Part shown: in pieces, positions 62,584 to 64,000 of the stretch
Numbering within the stretch: position 1 is the stretch's first letter
Layout: every line of letters starts with the position of its first letter
Source: Candidatus Latescibacterota bacterium
Lineage (GTDB): Bacteria > Latescibacterota > UBA2968 > UBA8231
NCBI GenBank assembly: GCA_965219385.1
Contig: CBDCNM010000002.1
Location: 220,639-284,638 of the forward strand
DNA length: 64,000 bases
Direction: 5' to 3'
Translations under genes and position numbers: made by a program
The notes under the pieces: model-generated
The model's database searches: none
Seen by the model: the letters and a program-made list of their open reading frames with translations, nothing else
Told to the model about the DNA's origin: nothing

Positions 62584-63414
62584 TCACCTGAGCAGCAGCA
62601 GCTTGCGGATCACCACGTGCCCGCCGGCCCGCAGCCGGTAAAAGTACACCCCGCTGGTTACCTCTCGCCCCGTCTGGTCGCGGCCGTCCCAGCGCACCGC
62701 GAACGCCCCGGCCGCGGCGGGCCCCTGCACGAGCACCGCCACCGGCTGGCCGAGCAGATTGTAGATTGCCAGCTCGACCTGGCTCGGCCGCGGCAGCGCG
62801 AAGCGGATCACCGTATCGCTGTTGAAAGGATTGGGCGCGTTCTGCGCCAGGGACAGGCCCCCGGGCGCGGACGCCCGAGCAGACGCCTCCACCGCCGTTT
62901 CGGTCACCTCTTCCGGGGGGGGCAGCGCAGCAAGGGCCAGCACCACCTCGTCGCGCAGCTCGTCCATGGGTACCAGGGAACTGGTCTTGTAGCGGAAGAG
63001 GCCCTCGTGGTCGATGATGGCAAAGGTCTGATTGGCTTGCCCATACGCGGTTGCCATCCGGCTGGCGTTCAGCAAGAGGGGCATCGTAACCCCCTTGTCC
63101 ACGCGCCAGCGGGTCCGCAACTGGGCCTCGGTGCCGTCCCACACCTCGGCCCCCAGCGCGATAAAGGGCTCGTCGGCAAATTCCTGCCAGATTTCTTCGA
63201 AGCTCTCGGCACGCGAGAGACAGGCCGGTCAGCTATGGCCGAAAAAGAAAATCAGCACGACTTGGCCGTCGAAGTCGCTCAGGGCCGCGGTGCCGCCGTC
63301 GAGCCGGTCCAGCAGGAAGGCGGGGGCCGCCTGTCCTACTTGCGGCGCCTGGGCGCCTAGGGCAGAAGCCCACAACACCGCCAAACTCGCCAAACGCAAC
63401 AAAGACTTGCTCAT
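62584..63414 (-). CDS. Predicted selenoprotein: signal peptide - redoxin (UxxC) - FlgD-Ig/T9SS-like C-terminal domain, 276 aa
   Basis: ORFs 63229-63510 and 62584-63144 share a frame and are separated by a single TGA (63229-63231) in FFFGHS-U-PAC; tail QNAPNPFN...IYNLLGQ...WDGRD...SGVYFYRL. Confidence 0.88.
63203..63219 (-). promoter_or_regulatory. Bacterial SECIS-like hairpin
   Basis: CUCUCG-CGUGC-CGAGAG starting 10 nt after the UGA; the loop begins at +16 with GU at +17/+18. Confidence 0.7.
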
Positions 63415-63658
63415 GGTGAATCTCCTTAGTTTTGCCGCACAAACTTCTGCATGCCGTGGGCACAGCCCGGGAACCACCCCGGGGGATTGATGCGCTCGCC
63501 CGCGCTCCATTCGAATACCACAAACGGGTCGTCTGGACCAATCGCGCTCCGTTCTTGCCGTGCGGTGGTGCGGGCCATTTATTTTAACTTACTCCATGGA
63601 CGCCTCAGCCGCAACCTTCATCTCTTGAACCCCCAGGCTGAATGGAGCTATAAACGCT

Positions 63659-64000
63659 ATGAAACTAGTGCAATTCATCGATCCAGGCGACGGCCTGCGC
63701 GTCGGCCTAGTCGAAGGCGACGAGGTCTTGGACCTGACGGGCGCGGAAGAGCATCCGCGCACGGTGCATCAACTCTACTACTACGGCGGCGGAGACGAAA
63801 AGGGGCTGGTCGCGGCAGTAGAACAACGGCGAGGCGCGGCCTCGCGCCGCTTGCGTTTAGACGAACTCCTGGCCACTCGCGGCACCAAAACGTCCTGTCT
63901 AACCAAGCCGGTGAGCGGCCCGCCCGGGCATCCTCACGCCCTGCGGGTGTGGCTGGCTGGAGTCACCCACGAGGTCAGCGCCAAGTTGCGCGAGATCGAG
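63659..64000 (+). CDS. 5' part of a fumarylacetoacetate-hydrolase-family protein (runs off the window)
   Basis: ATG after GGAG; MKLVQF..RVGLVEGDEVLDLT...VWLAGVTHEVSAKLRE. Confidence 0.6.
   Translation, partial: MKLVQFIDPGDGLRVGLVEGDEVLDLTGAEEHPRTVHQLYYYGGGDEKGLVAAVEQRRGAASRRLRLDELLATRGTKTSCLTKPVSGPPGHPHALRVWLAGVTHEVSAKLREIE

Overview
GC-rich bacterial chromosome segment. Outer-membrane beta-barrels, futalosine menaquinone genes and FlgD-Ig/T9SS-like 'NxPNPFN' C-terminal domains suggest a diderm of the FCB/Latescibacterota-like kind; this is inference only. 1-33 kb is core-like. It holds an Fe-alcohol dehydrogenase, hemC-cobA/hemD, and a sigma54-driven nitrogen operon (NifA-like activator, P-II, TorF-like porin, glnA). 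It also holds a PAS kinase/NtrC-type pair upstream of a second sigma54 promoter feeding a PTS-EIIA protein and an alternative sigma70. A menG-mqnECAP-ubiX operon with an embedded sugar-acid dehydratase, galE, an M23 peptidase, mrp, two paralogous UVR-domain proteins, dksA-like and tolC-like genes follow. 33-45 kb is a decaying nucleotide-sugar/heptose locus, including an SDR-(Glu)24-transaldolase fusion and several pseudogenes. 45-60 kb is an IS graveyard (three IS5-family elements, two IS701-like copies, one IS66, one further DDE IS) with gene fragments that can be rejoined, three copies of an unexplained structured non-coding element, and a RelB/YafQ toxin-antitoxin pair. The strongest hidden signal is at 60.5-63.4 kb. 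A signal-peptide redoxin with an in-frame UGA in a UxxC motif, a bacterial-SECIS-like hairpin and a T9SS/FlgD-like tail sits beside a TlpA thioredoxin and a beta-barrel with a C-terminal CxxxxC. This is a candidate cell-surface selenium-dependent redox module that the ORF track splits in two.
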